Source: Thauera sp. (lineage in GTDB: Bacteria > Pseudomonadota > Gammaproteobacteria > Burkholderiales > Rhodocyclaceae). Taken from it: a DNA stretch of 64,000 nt. Position 1 is the first letter of the stretch; every line of letters starts with the position of its first letter. Positions 47,540-57,984 of the stretch are shown in pieces. A program made the position numbers and the translations under genes. The notes beneath the pieces were generated by a model that ran no database searches, was not told the DNA's origin, and worked only from the letters and a program-made list of their open reading frames with translations. The stretch covers positions 12,089-76,088 of the forward strand of contig DMCZ01000076.1 of NCBI GenBank assembly GCA_003446655.1. The letters are read 5' to 3'.

Positions 47540-48460
47540 TCAGACGTGGGCGAGCCAGTGCGCGTATTCCGGCGCACGGCCGTTCACGACGTCGAAGAAG
47601 CGGGACTGGATCTTCTCGGTGATCGGGCCGCGCTTGCCTTCGCCGATCTTGCGGTCGTCGAGCTCGCGGATCGGGGTCACTTCGGCGGCGGTGCCGGTGA
47701 AGAAGGCCTCGTCGGCGAGGTAGATGTCGTCGCGGGTCAGGCGCTTGGTGCCCACTTCGAGGCCGAGCTCGCGCGCGATGACGTGGACCGAGTCGCGGGT
47801 GATGCCGGTCAGCGCCGAGGCGATCTCGGGTTCGTAGATGCGGCCGTCCTTGACGATGAACAGGTTCTCGCCCGCGCCTTCGGCGACGAAGCCCTGGTTG
47901 TCGAGCAGCAGCGCCTCGTCGTAGCCCATGCGGGTGACCTCGAGGTTGGCGAGGATCGAGTTCGGGTAGGTCGCCGACAGCTTGGCGCGCGGCATCGTCG
48001 AGTTGACGTGGTGGCGGGTGTAGGACGAGGTCTTTACCCGGATGCCCTTCTGCAGGCCTTCCTCACCGAGGTAGGCGCCCCAGGGCCAGGCAGCGATGGC
48101 GACGTGCACGGTGGCGCCGATGGTCGAGATGCCCATCTTCTCCGAGCCGTAGAAGGCGATCGGGCGCAGGTAGCAGGACTCGAGCTTGTTCGCGCGCACG
48201 ACCTCCTTCTGCGCCTCCATGAGTTCATCCTTGGAGTACGGGATGTCCATCATGTAGATCTTGGCGGAGTTGATCAGGCGCTGGGTGTGCTCGGCCAGGC
48301 GGAAGATTGCGGTGCCGCTGACGGTGTTGTAGGCACGGACGCCCTCGAAGACGGCGAGGCCGTAGTGCAGCGAGTGGGTGAGGACGTGCGTGGTCGCCTC
48401 GCGCCACGGGACGAGCTTGCCGTCCTGCCAGATGAAGCCGTCGCGGTCAGCCATGGACAT
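47540..48460 (-). CDS. ilvE: Branched-chain amino acid aminotransferase
   Basis: LHYGLAVFEG, EGAGENLF, GITRD and FFTGTAAEVTP motifs. Confidence 0.97.
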   Translation of the reverse strand: MSMADRDGFIWQDGKLVPWREATTHVLTHSLHYGLAVFEGVRAYNTVSGTAIFRLAEHTQRLINSAKIYMMDIPYSKDELMEAQKEVVRANKLESCYLRPIAFYGSEKMGISTIGATVHVAIAAWPWGAYLGEEGLQKGIRVKTSSYTRHHVNSTMPRAKLSATYPNSILANLEVTRMGYDEALLLDNQGFVAEGAGENLFIVKDGRIYEPEIASALTGITRDSVHVIARELGLEVGTKRLTRDDIYLADEAFFTGTAAEVTPIRELDDRKIGEGKRGPITEKIQSRFFDVVNGRAPEYAHWLAHV

Positions 48461-48671
48461 GATCAAAATCTCCGCCTGTATGAGTGTTCGCTGGATGGGT
48501 ATCGAGGATGCCCCGGCCGGGATCGTCGGGGCATAGCCTTTGAATTCTAGCGTAAAGGCGGGGGTTCGATGCGCTCGACGTGCAGCGTGCGCGGCCCGTG
48601 ACGCGGCGCCCGGCTGGGAGCGCGGGGCGGCGCGCGCTAGAATGCAGGGCTTCGTGCGCCTGGAGCCGACA

Positions 48672-49142
48672 TTGAACGATCGTCCCTGGAAACCCAACGT
48701 CACCGTCGCCGCCGTCATCGAGCGCAACGGACGCTTCCTGCTGGTCGAGGAAGAGACCCCCGAAGGCTTGCGCTTCAACCAGCCTGCCGGGCACCTTGAG
48801 GAGGGCGAGTCGCTGCTCGAGGCCACCGTGCGCGAGGCGCTGGAAGAGACCGCGCACCATTTTGTCCCCGAGTACCTGGTCGGCGTGTATCAGTGGACCC
48901 GGCCCCAGGGCGACATCACCTATCTGCGCTTTGCTTATGGCGGCCGCCTCGAAGGCGAGGACGCGGGACGCCGGCTCGATGCGGGCATCGTGCGCGCGCT
49001 GTGGATGACGCCCGACGAGGTGCGTGCCACCGCCGATCGCCATCGCAGCCCCCTGATCCTGCAGTGCGTCGAGGACTGGCTCTCCGGCCAGCGCCATCCG
49101 TTGAGCCTGGTTCGCCACTATCCGGGGGCGCAGGCTGCATGA
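48672..49142 (+). CDS. nudJ: NUDIX hydrolase (NudJ-like)
   Basis: WKPNVTVAAV and NQPAGHLEEGESLLEATVREALEET Nudix box. TTG start with GGAG RBS. Adjacent to mnmA. Confidence 0.85.
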   Translation: MNDRPWKPNVTVAAVIERNGRFLLVEEETPEGLRFNQPAGHLEEGESLLEATVREALEETAHHFVPEYLVGVYQWTRPQGDITYLRFAYGGRLEGEDAGRRLDAGIVRALWMTPDEVRATADRHRSPLILQCVEDWLSGQRHPLSLVRHYPGAQAA

Positions 49143-49825
49143 TCCGCGGGGCGCTGGTGCTGGCCTTGCTCCTGCCCGCGTGGGCGGCGGCGACGGTGCC
49201 TGCGCAGGCCGCGGTGCCGGGGATACGCGCCGGCGCAGAGGTCAGCATCTGCTACAACTACGGCTGCCTGCGAGAGGAGCGGGTGCGCTTCAATGGCGCC
49301 CTGCTGCAGCGCCTGGGCGAGCGACTCGCCCGCGCGCGCACTGCGGCCGAAGAGCGCGCGCAGCTCGCCGAAGCGCTTGGCCGGCTGTACCGGGTCGCCG
49401 CCACGCAGACGCCGGTTGGCGCCGACCGCGCGGGCAATTTCCTCGATGCCGAGGCCGATGGGCGCATGGACTGCATCGACCACTCGACCTCGACCACGCG
49501 GCTGCTGGCGCTGGCCGAGGCGCGCGGCTGGCTGCGCTATCACCGCGTGGTGGAGCCGGCACGACGCACGCGGCTGATCCTGCAGCACTTCAGTGCGGTG
49601 ATCGAGGTGCTGGCGCTGGAAGAACGCATCCCCCGCCTGCCGCCCGGGCAGGCGCTGGCGGGCTGCAACTGCACCGAGGACGGGCTGGTGATCGAGGCTG
49701 CCGACGGTGGCGATCGTCCGGGCGAACGTTACGTGGTCGACAGCTGGTTCGTCGACAATGGCGAGCCGGCTGTGGTAATGCCGCTCGCGGAGTGGCTCAA
49801 GGGAGGTGGACCGAATGTCCAGTAA
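49139..49825 (+). CDS. Secreted hypothetical protein, possible Cys-His-Asp (transglutaminase-like) enzyme
   Basis: Signal peptide; [21 protein letters not shown] and YVVDSWF motifs. ATGA overlap with nudJ. Confidence 0.75.
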   Translation: MIRGALVLALLLPAWAAATVPAQAAVPGIRAGAEVSICYNYGCLREERVRFNGALLQRLGERLARARTAAEERAQLAEALGRLYRVAATQTPVGADRAGNFLDAEADGRMDCIDHSTSTTRLLALAEARGWLRYHRVVEPARRTRLILQHFSAVIEVLALEERIPRLPPGQALAGCNCTEDGLVIEAADGGDRPGERYVVDSWFVDNGEPAVVMPLAEWLKGGGPNVQ

Positions 49826-50939
49826 GGCGCAAGGCGATGGGATGAAGGTGGTGGTCGGCATGTCCGGCGGAGTGGACTCGTCGGTGACTGCGCTGCTGCT
49901 CAAGCAGCAGGGCTATGACGTGACCGGCCTGTTCATGAAGAACTGGGAGGACGACGACGATTCCGAATACTGCTCGACGCGGCAGGATCTTGTGGACGTG
50001 GCCTCGGTGTGCGACGTGATCGGCATCGAACTCGAAGTCGTCAATTTCAGCAAGGAATACAAGGACCGCGTGTTCGCCGACTTCCTGCGCGAGTACGAGG
50101 CTGGCCGCACCCCCAACCCCGACGTGCTGTGCAACTCCGAGATCAAGTTCCGCTGCTTCCTCGACCACGCCATGCAGATGGGCGCCGAGCGCATCGCCAC
50201 CGGCCACTACGCCCAGGTGCGCGAATGGACCAATGATGGCCGCACCGAATATCAGCTGCTGAAGGCCGAGGACGGCACCAAGGACCAGAGCTACTTCCTC
50301 TACCGCCTGAACCAGGCGCAGCTCGCGAAGACCCTGTTCCCGCTCGGGGCGCTGTACAAGCGCGAGGTGCGCAGGATCGCCGAGCAGGCCGGGCTGCACG
50401 TGGCGGCCAAGAAGGATTCGACGGGCATCTGCTTCATCGGCGAGCGCCCCTTCCGCGAGTTCCTGATGCGCTACCTGCCCACCCAGCCGGGCGAGATCCG
50501 TGCGCTCGACGACGAGCGTGTGCTCGGCGAGCACCAGGGCCTGATGTATCACACCATCGGCCAGAGGAAGGGGCTGCACATCGGCGGCATCAAGGGTAAC
50601 CAGGACGAGGCGGGCGAGCACGACGCCTGGTACGTGGCGGGCAAGGACGTGCAGGCCAACGTGCTCTACGTCGTGCAGGGCCACGATCATCCGGCGCTGC
50701 TACGTGATCGCCTGGTGGCGGCCGACCTCAACTGGATCGCTGGCCGCGACCCGCACACCAACTGGGTCTATACCGCCAAGCCGCGCTACCGCACGCCCGA
50801 CCAGCCGTGCGAGATCGATCGCATCGCCGACGGTCGCGCGGAGATCGCCTTCGCGCAACCGCAGTGGGCGCTCACGCCCGGCCAGAGCGTGGTGGTGTAC
50901 GAATCGAAGGTCTGCCTGGGTGGCGGCATCATTCTCTGA
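49815..50939 (+). CDS. mnmA: tRNA-specific 2-thiouridylase
   Basis: [34 protein letters not shown] and TPGQ motifs. Confidence 0.98.
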   Translation: MSSKAQGDGMKVVVGMSGGVDSSVTALLLKQQGYDVTGLFMKNWEDDDDSEYCSTRQDLVDVASVCDVIGIELEVVNFSKEYKDRVFADFLREYEAGRTPNPDVLCNSEIKFRCFLDHAMQMGAERIATGHYAQVREWTNDGRTEYQLLKAEDGTKDQSYFLYRLNQAQLAKTLFPLGALYKREVRRIAEQAGLHVAAKKDSTGICFIGERPFREFLMRYLPTQPGEIRALDDERVLGEHQGLMYHTIGQRKGLHIGGIKGNQDEAGEHDAWYVAGKDVQANVLYVVQGHDHPALLRDRLVAADLNWIAGRDPHTNWVYTAKPRYRTPDQPCEIDRIADGRAEIAFAQPQWALTPGQSVVVYESKVCLGGGIIL

Positions 50940-51031
50940 ACGCCGCCGCGAGGCGCCGTGGGCCGGCGGACCCATCCGTCCTCCCCGCCTGTTCGCTCCC
51001 GTCGGGCGCGAGGACGGTGGCGTCCCGGCCC

Positions 51032-51979
51032 TCAGGCCCCGAGGGTGCCCCGCGCGGCGGCGAGCGGCGGGTGGTTCGCAGCCTGCAGGCGTGCCGCGTA
51101 GATCTCGCAGCGCTCGAGGTATTCTCGCGCGCTCTTGGGCATGGTCACGCGTGCGCGGGTGATGTCGGTGACCAGGTTGCGCCCCTGCAGGATCAGGCGC
51201 AGGCCGTCGCTGGCGAGCTGGCGTTCGTGCTCGGTCGATACCGGCGAGAGGACCGCGGTGACCGCAGCCAGATGCTCTGAGGCGACGACGAAGTCGGCCC
51301 ACACGTCGAAGATGTCAGGATCGGTGCGCAGCGTCTCGCACTTGATCTTGGCGATGCGGGTGAACTCGAGCACCAGCGGCGCCACGCCATGGAACAGGGG
51401 TGTGCCCGAGAAGGTCGCGGCCATGACCGCGCCGATACGATCGATCTCGCGTAGCGCCTGTGCGATCTTGATGTAGCGGCTCTCGTAGAACGCTTCGACC
51501 GGGATCGAGAACGCGCGAAAGGGCTCGCCCCAGAGTTCGTCGATACCTTCGTCACCGCTGCGGTGCAGTACCAGGCGACCCAGCGCGAGCGCCTCCTGGA
51601 GACAAAGGCCGCATTCGCGCATCAATGCGTTGTCGGTCTCGATCTCGATGCCCAGCTCCTGCAGTTCGACGAGCTTGGTGAAGATGTCGGTGGCGCGGTT
51701 GAACAGCGCGCCGGCGTACATTGCGCCCTTGACGCGCTTGCGCTCGGTGTCCTGCTCGTCGAGGTAGGCGCGACGGGCGTCGTCGAGTCGCTTGCCAGGG
51801 ATGTTTATGCCATGTTCGACGTGGTTGAACAGGCGGCGGGTGAGGGCCTGGATGAGCTTCTTCTTGGCGTCGAGCGAGTCCGCCGGCGGTTCATAGACCT
51901 TCAGCCAGTAGCCGTCGTGATAAATGCGCCGAATGCCGTCGATGAGGGCGACGGTGCCGTCCGGGATGGGCTCGTCCAT
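51032..51979 (-). CDS. Hypothetical 315-aa protein
   Basis: Long ORF with protein-like composition that fills the gap between mnmA and DUF2062; no family recognised. Confidence 0.8.
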   Translation of the reverse strand: MDEPIPDGTVALIDGIRRIYHDGYWLKVYEPPADSLDAKKKLIQALTRRLFNHVEHGINIPGKRLDDARRAYLDEQDTERKRVKGAMYAGALFNRATDIFTKLVELQELGIEIETDNALMRECGLCLQEALALGRLVLHRSGDEGIDELWGEPFRAFSIPVEAFYESRYIKIAQALREIDRIGAVMAATFSGTPLFHGVAPLVLEFTRIAKIKCETLRTDPDIFDVWADFVVASEHLAAVTAVLSPVSTEHERQLASDGLRLILQGRNLVTDITRARVTMPKSAREYLERCEIYAARLQAANHPPLAAARGTLGA

Positions 51980-52028
51980 AGCAGTAGCACGTCAGCGTGA
52001 AGACAGGAGGCGAAGGATACGCCCGCGC

Positions 52029-52604
52029 TCAGGCGCTTCCAATAGCCTGCCGCCGCGCGGCCGCGGCACGCAGCCGGCGCTCGTTGCGCAGCTTGCGCCA
52101 CTTTGAGGTGACGCGCATGCGCCACACGAGCTGGGTGCCCCAGTAGGCGATGAAGGCGCCGGTGATCGCCATGATGAGCATGCCGACCAGCAGCGGCTGG
52201 CCGATGCCGGTGATCCATGTCCATGCCTGCGCGAGCGAGTCGATCATGCGAATCGGCTTCTCGACGTCGTCCGCCGTCAGGTCGGCAGGCGCGCGCGTGC
52301 CGATCACGCCGGCGCCCAGCCGGTAGGCGAAGTAGTAGAGCGGACCGTAGGTGAGCGGATTGCTGACCAGGGTGGAGACCGCCGCGATCCAGAGGTTGCC
52401 GCGCAACAGCAGCGAGGCGATCGCGGCCGCCGGGATCTGGGCGATCGGGATCATCAGCCCGAAGAACACCCCCATCGCCACCCCCCGCGCGACCGAACGC
52501 CGATTGACATGCCACAGCAGCGGATCGTGGATGCGCGGTCCAAGCCACCGCAACATACGGCTCTGCGTGATGGCGTCGCGGGTTGGCAGGAAGCGTTCGA
52601 GCAT
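52029..52604 (-). CDS. DUF2062 membrane protein
   Basis: LWHVNRRSVARG.A.G.F and SNPLTYGPLY motifs. Confidence 0.88.
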   Translation of the reverse strand: MLERFLPTRDAITQSRMLRWLGPRIHDPLLWHVNRRSVARGVAMGVFFGLMIPIAQIPAAAIASLLLRGNLWIAAVSTLVSNPLTYGPLYYFAYRLGAGVIGTRAPADLTADDVEKPIRMIDSLAQAWTWITGIGQPLLVGMLIMAITGAFIAYWGTQLVWRMRVTSKWRKLRNERRLRAAAARRQAIGSA

Positions 52605-52828
52605 GGTCCGGTCCGGAGCGAAGTCGGCATCTTACGCAATGCGCGACAAAGCACAAGAAGCAGGACTCCCGGCAACGCGGGACAGGCGCCCGAAGTCTGC
52701 AAGCGAATGATTTTGCAGGCTTGTGACCGCAGCCGCCGTGAGGAATTCACCGGCTCCGGCGCGATTGGGGCACGATCTTCCGCGCCTCGGGACGCGCTGA
52801 CCCGTCGCTGCGCCGGCGCGCTGGGAAT

Positions 52829-53281
52829 TCAGGCGAAATCGCTCGGAATCACGGCTCGCAGCACGGTCTGCGTTTCACCTTCGCGGACGCGGTTGGTGAA
52901 CCACCACAGCGCGCCCTTCTTGATCGTCCAGTCAGCCTCGCTGCCAGCCAGCAGCAGCGCGCACAGGCGGCCGAGCGCCGGCTGGTGACCTACCACCAAG
53001 GCCGCGCCGCTGGCGTCGGGCCAGCCGGTGGCGGCCAGGATGTCGGGCACGTTGCCGTCGGGGCCGAGGCTGCTGACGATCTCGAAGTTTTCGGTGAAGG
53101 CTGCGGCGGTCTGGCGGGTGCGTACCGTCGGACTAACCAGCACCTTGAGTTGCTTGGGCTTGTGTTCGTCGAGCCAGTGCGCCATGCGCCGGGCCTGTTT
53201 GAGGCCACGTGGGGTGAGCTCACGCAGGTGGTCGGGCGTGCCGTCCACCGCTTCTGCATGTCGCCAGAGCAGCAGGTCCAT
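52829..53281 (-). CDS. sixA: Phosphohistidine phosphatase SixA family
   Basis: LWRHAEA, R.LT.RG, SP.VRTRQTA and VGHQP motifs. Confidence 0.88.
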   Translation of the reverse strand: MDLLLWRHAEAVDGTPDHLRELTPRGLKQARRMAHWLDEHKPKQLKVLVSPTVRTRQTAAAFTENFEIVSSLGPDGNVPDILAATGWPDASGAALVVGHQPALGRLCALLLAGSEADWTIKKGALWWFTNRVREGETQTVLRAVIPSDFA

Positions 53282-53369
53282 GTCGTTCGTCCAGGAGTCG
53301 AGGGCCGGCATCATCGGCCCGTCGTGTTGCAGCGTGATGAACCGGGCGAGGGGCGGCACGTGCGGGCCT

Positions 53370-54899
53370 TCACCACGGCTTCCTGCCGTCGAGCAGCGGC
53401 GCGCACTCGCCCAGCACCCGCCGGCGCAGACGGGCGTAGCGCGGCGCGTGCCAGCCGAGCACGAAGGCAGCAGCCGGTGCCAGGGCGGGGTTGGCGTGCA
53501 TCCAGTCCGACAGGCGCTGATGGGCGATATCGACATCCTGCAGGAAGCCGAGCGCGGTCTGGGCGTTCACCACGCCTTCTAGGTAGCGCTTGATCGGTCG
53601 CGCCGGGAAGAGCGGGGCGAAGAATTCGACGCCGTAGCGCAGCAGCTTGAAGCCGATGCGCAGGGCGTGGAGCCGGGTGGGCTCGAGCGTGGCCGCCGCC
53701 GCAGCCTGACGGCGCGCGCGCTTGCGCAGGCGGTCAAGGCGCAGGCGCGCGAACGCCTTCAGATCAGCCGCCGCGGCAAGGCTGCCGGTCGGCAGACGGT
53801 AAAGGTCGGCGGTGAAGGCGAGCAGCAGCCGGCCCTGGGTGGCCATGTCGAGCTGGTGGCTGGCAAAGTGGCGCGCCTCATTGCGCGCCTTCTGCACGGT
53901 GTCGAGCAGCACGGCCATCGCGGTCGGGTCGGCGAGCCCCTCGGGGGTCACCGGCGTGAGCAGCTCGGCATGGAAGACATCGAGGTCGCGGGTGTCGCCG
54001 AAGCGGTTGGCGTTGTCGCGCAGGCGTGCGTTCCAGGTCGCGGCGAAGTTTTCCGGCAGCGCCGGCGCAAAGACCTTGAGCAGCGCACGAAGCCGGCGCT
54101 GGGAGACGCGCAGCTGGTGGATGAGGTCGGGGAGGATGTCGTCCGCATCGGTACAGCCGAGAGCGGCGGCGGCATTGCCCTGCCACTGGCGCACGCAGGA
54201 AAAGGCCAGGGTACGGAAGGCGTCGACGACGTTCTGCCCGGGTTCGAGCGCCGACGCTTCGGCACGCGCCGGCGTCAGCGGTGTGCCGAGAAAGAGCCGG
54301 TAGCCGCGCTCGGCCTTCGAGACGTCGGCGGGCATCAGGGGCAGATCCTGTGCCAGCGCGCAGGCAAGCTCGACGAGATCCTGCGGGCGACCACGCTCGA
54401 GCTCGAGCTCGAGCTCGCAGATGGGCGCACTGCGCTCGACGCCGTCCGGGGTGCGCACCTTGACCTCTCCGGTGTCGATCATCAGCAGGATGCTGACCCC
54501 CGGTTCGGGTACGTGGCGTCGGGTTTCGCGGCGAAAGCGCGTGGTGAACACCGGCACCAGTTCGTCGTGGTGGCGGGCGAGCAGTCGGGCCGTATCGGGC
54601 TGGTCGACCATCGAGAAATCGAACGCGCCGGTCCACGGCTGCTCCCACTCCGGACGGCTCGACAGCCCGCCGCTGGAGACGGCGGCGCACTTGACCGTCT
54701 GCAGCATCTGCCGGCCCTGGCGGCGGGTGCGAACCGCCACCTTGCGCGCCTTGAGCGCGAGGCCAGCGGTGTCGAAGTAAGTGTTGTCGAGGGTCGTGGC
54801 GGGGCCGAGCTTCTCGGCCGCCGCGATGAGCGGATGCCTGCGCAGGGCAGGCAGGGCGCGTTGCGACACGGCGAGCTTGAGTTCGATTTCGTTGCTCAT
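53370..54899 (-). CDS. CYTH + CHAD domain protein
   Basis: EIELK, YFDT, ICELELEL and SKAERG (CYTH); IHQLRV..RRLR, RDLDV, LHALRI..K.LRY..EFF and LG.LQD (CHAD). Confidence 0.92.
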   Translation of the reverse strand: MSNEIELKLAVSQRALPALRRHPLIAAAEKLGPATTLDNTYFDTAGLALKARKVAVRTRRQGRQMLQTVKCAAVSSGGLSSRPEWEQPWTGAFDFSMVDQPDTARLLARHHDELVPVFTTRFRRETRRHVPEPGVSILLMIDTGEVKVRTPDGVERSAPICELELELERGRPQDLVELACALAQDLPLMPADVSKAERGYRLFLGTPLTPARAEASALEPGQNVVDAFRTLAFSCVRQWQGNAAAALGCTDADDILPDLIHQLRVSQRRLRALLKVFAPALPENFAATWNARLRDNANRFGDTRDLDVFHAELLTPVTPEGLADPTAMAVLLDTVQKARNEARHFASHQLDMATQGRLLLAFTADLYRLPTGSLAAAADLKAFARLRLDRLRKRARRQAAAAATLEPTRLHALRIGFKLLRYGVEFFAPLFPARPIKRYLEGVVNAQTALGFLQDVDIAHQRLSDWMHANPALAPAAAFVLGWHAPRYARLRRRVLGECAPLLDGRKPW

Positions 54900-55094
54900 G
54901 GAGATCGCCCGCGGGCGGGCGCCGGAGGAAAGGGCGCCTGAATTCTAGACGGCGGGCGACGGGGCGTCATGCGTGCTTTGATGACATGAAATATTACGAT
55001 CCGATGCCGGACCGCGGCGGCTACAGGCGCAGCGACACGGGCGCCCAGCGCCGACAGGGCGGCGGGGTCGTCCGGACGCGGGAGCAGCCGGCCC

Positions 55095-57788
55095 TCACTC
55101 CCCGAACACCTCGTGCCACAGGCGACGCACCGGCTCACGCGCGGCTTCGGCCTCGTCAGGTTCGATGCGCGAGGGGCGGTCGTTGAGGCGCTGCCGGTGC
55201 TGCAGGCGGCGCAGCTCGCGGTAACTGTCGGCGCAGGCGTCGGCGAGGTCGGCCGGGATCAGGCCGATTTCGCCGGCGAGGCGCAGCAGGGCAATGTTGC
55301 CGAGGTTGCCGGTGAGCTGCGGGTAGTCGTGGCTGTAGCCCAGCACCAGGTACTGGATCAGGAACTCGACGTCGATCAGGCCGCCGGCATCGTGCTTGAG
55401 GTCGAACAGGGTGTCCCTGCTGCCGTGCGCGTCGCGCATCTTCCTGCGCATCGCCAGCACTTCGGCGCGCAGCGTGTCGCGGTCGCGCTTCATGCGCAGC
55501 ACGTCGCAGCGGATGCGCTCGAAGGATTCGCCAAGCGCGCGGTCGCCGGCCGAGAAGCGCGCGCGCGTGAGCGCCTGGTGTTCCCAAACCCAGGCCGACT
55601 CCATCTGGTATTTGCGGAAGGCTTCGAGCGAGGTGACGATGAGGCCCGATTCGCCATTGGGGCGTAAGCGCAGGTCGGTGTCGAAGAGCTGCCCGGCGGC
55701 GGTCTGGCTCGAGAGCCAGGTGTTGGTGCGCTGTGCAAGACGGGTATAGACCTCGGGGGCCTCCGGCGCGGCGTCGTCGAAAAGGAACACGATGTCGAGG
55801 TCCGAGGCGTAGCCGAGCTCCTTGCCGCCGAGCTTGCCGTAGCTGATGACCGCGAACTTCGGGTCGTCTCGATGGCGGATCTTGATGCGCCGCCAGCACA
55901 GTGGCAGGGTCAGGTCGAGCACGATGTCGGCGAGCTCGGAGAGGTGATCGGCGAGCTTCTCGACGGTGAGCAGTCCGGCGATGTCCTGGGTCAGCAGGCG
56001 GAACACCTGCGCATGGTGCTGCTCGCGCATGACATCCATCTGGCGTTCCATGTCGGGCTCGAGGGCGTCGAGCTCGGCGGCGAGGCTGGCGCGGAAGGCC
56101 TTCCAGTCGGGTGCGCCCTCGAGGTTGCGTGCGTCGAGCATCTCGTCGAGCAGGATGGGATGGCGGGTCAGGAACTGCGCGCCCCAGCGCGAGGCGCTCA
56201 TCAGGTCGGCGACGCGGCGCAGGGCCTGTGGGTACTGCTGCAGCAGCGCAAGGTAAGCACCGCGTCGGCCGATGGCCTCGATCAGGTCGAGCAGGCGGGC
56301 GAGGGTGTCGTCGGCGCCCGGGGTGGCGGCCGCGGCCTCGATCATGCGCGGCATCAGCGCGTCGAAGCGGCTGCGGATATTGTTGGGCAGCTGGCTGTAG
56401 CGCGGGCTGCCATGGATCGCGGCCAGGCGTTCGGCGCCGACCTGCGGCCTGCGGTAGCCGAGTTCGCCCAGGGCGGTCGAGGTGGCCTCGAGGTCCTCGG
56501 CGTGGGTCCAGGTGGCGTCCAGGCTGTGGTCCTCCTCCGAAGGGTCGCCGAACACGCTGTCGAAGTGGCGGCTCACGACCATCCGGTGCGCCTCGAGCGC
56601 GCCGAGCAGCGCCGGGTAGTCGGCGAAGCCCATGCCTTCGGCGATCAGCGCCTGGTCGGCTTCCTTCGAGGGCAGGTCGTGGGTCTGGGCGTCATCGAGG
56701 TACTGCAGGCGGTGCTCGAGGCGGCGCAGGAAGGTGTAGGCAGCGGTGAGCTCCTCCACGGCCTGCGCCGACAGGATGCCGCGTTCGGCCAGCAGCGCCA
56801 GCACCTTCAGCGTCGGCCGCACCTGGAGCGCGAGGTCCCGGCCGCCGCGGATGAGCTGGAAGACCTGGGCGATGAACTCGATCTCGCGGATGCCGCCCGG
56901 GCCGAGCTTGACGTTGTTGGCGCGGTCGCGCCGCGCGACCTCGCGCCGGATCTGCGCATGCAGGTCGCGCATGGCGTTGATCGCGCCGAAGTCGAGGTAC
57001 TTGCGGAACACGAAGGGGCGGGCGATGTTGCGCAGCTCCGACCAGCGCTCGCCGAGCAGCACGCGGGCCTTGATCCACGCGTAGCGCTCCCACTCGCGGC
57101 CCTGAGTGACGAAGTAGTTCTCGAGCATGTCGAAGCAGCACACCAGCGGACCCGAGTCGCCATTGGGGCGCAGGCGCATGTCGACGCGGAAGACCTGGCC
57201 GTGCTCGGTCACGTCGTTCAAGGCCTGAATGAGTTGCTTGCCGAGGCGCTCGAAGAACTCGAAGTTGCTGATCACCTTGCGGCCGCCGGTGTCGCCGTCT
57301 TCGGGGTAGATGAAGATCAGGTCGATGTCGGACGACACGTTGAGCTCACGCCCGCCAAGCTTGCCCATGCCGACTACGAGCAATTCCTGCTCCCAGCCGG
57401 TCGGCGACAGCGGCTGGCCGTAGCGCTCGACGAGCGTCGCGCGCAGCACGTCATGGGCGTGGCGGATCGCCACCTCGGCAAGCACCGTCATGGTTTCGGT
57501 GACCTCAGGCAGCGGCGCGCCGCAGGCCAGGTCGCGCACGACAAGGTGGCACAGCACCCAGATGCGCAGCTGTCGCAGGGCTGGGCGCAGCGCGCCGTCG
57601 CCGCCGCCGAACACGAGCGTGCGCGCCGCCAGGAAGCGCTGCATGTCGGCTTCGGTGGCCGGCTGGTCGATGCTGTCGGCAAGCGCAGGCGCCAGCCAAG
57701 GCTGGCTGTCCAGCATGCGTGACAGGTAGCGGGACAGGCAGCGCGCGGTGAGCACCGGCTTTGGCAGTGCTTCGGGAAGGGAGGACAT
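55095..57788 (-). CDS. glnE: Glutamine synthetase adenylyltransferase/adenylyl-removing enzyme
   Basis: Duplicated NTase motifs GMGKLGGRELNVSSDID and YGKLGGKELGYASDLD; DMRLRP. Confidence 0.97.
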   Translation of the reverse strand: MSSLPEALPKPVLTARCLSRYLSRMLDSQPWLAPALADSIDQPATEADMQRFLAARTLVFGGGDGALRPALRQLRIWVLCHLVVRDLACGAPLPEVTETMTVLAEVAIRHAHDVLRATLVERYGQPLSPTGWEQELLVVGMGKLGGRELNVSSDIDLIFIYPEDGDTGGRKVISNFEFFERLGKQLIQALNDVTEHGQVFRVDMRLRPNGDSGPLVCCFDMLENYFVTQGREWERYAWIKARVLLGERWSELRNIARPFVFRKYLDFGAINAMRDLHAQIRREVARRDRANNVKLGPGGIREIEFIAQVFQLIRGGRDLALQVRPTLKVLALLAERGILSAQAVEELTAAYTFLRRLEHRLQYLDDAQTHDLPSKEADQALIAEGMGFADYPALLGALEAHRMVVSRHFDSVFGDPSEEDHSLDATWTHAEDLEATSTALGELGYRRPQVGAERLAAIHGSPRYSQLPNNIRSRFDALMPRMIEAAAATPGADDTLARLLDLIEAIGRRGAYLALLQQYPQALRRVADLMSASRWGAQFLTRHPILLDEMLDARNLEGAPDWKAFRASLAAELDALEPDMERQMDVMREQHHAQVFRLLTQDIAGLLTVEKLADHLSELADIVLDLTLPLCWRRIKIRHRDDPKFAVISYGKLGGKELGYASDLDIVFLFDDAAPEAPEVYTRLAQRTNTWLSSQTAAGQLFDTDLRLRPNGESGLIVTSLEAFRKYQMESAWVWEHQALTRARFSAGDRALGESFERIRCDVLRMKRDRDTLRAEVLAMRRKMRDAHGSRDTLFDLKHDAGGLIDVEFLIQYLVLGYSHDYPQLTGNLGNIALLRLAGEIGLIPADLADACADSYRELRRLQHRQRLNDRPSRIEPDEAEAAREPVRRLWHEVFGE

Positions 57789-57984
57789 GGCTCGGCTCCA
57801 GTGCGGGCGCGGATCGTTGGTAGAATGCGGGCCTGGCCAGCGATCCCTCGCCAGGGGCGGTATCCGGGCATTTTATCCATCCCTTCAGCCGGCCTGCATG
57901 CCCTGCGCGCGATGTGTGCGTCGAGCGTCGCTGCAGGCTCGATCGGCGCGGCTGGCGAACGAAGATGCCGGTCAGCATTTCCCC

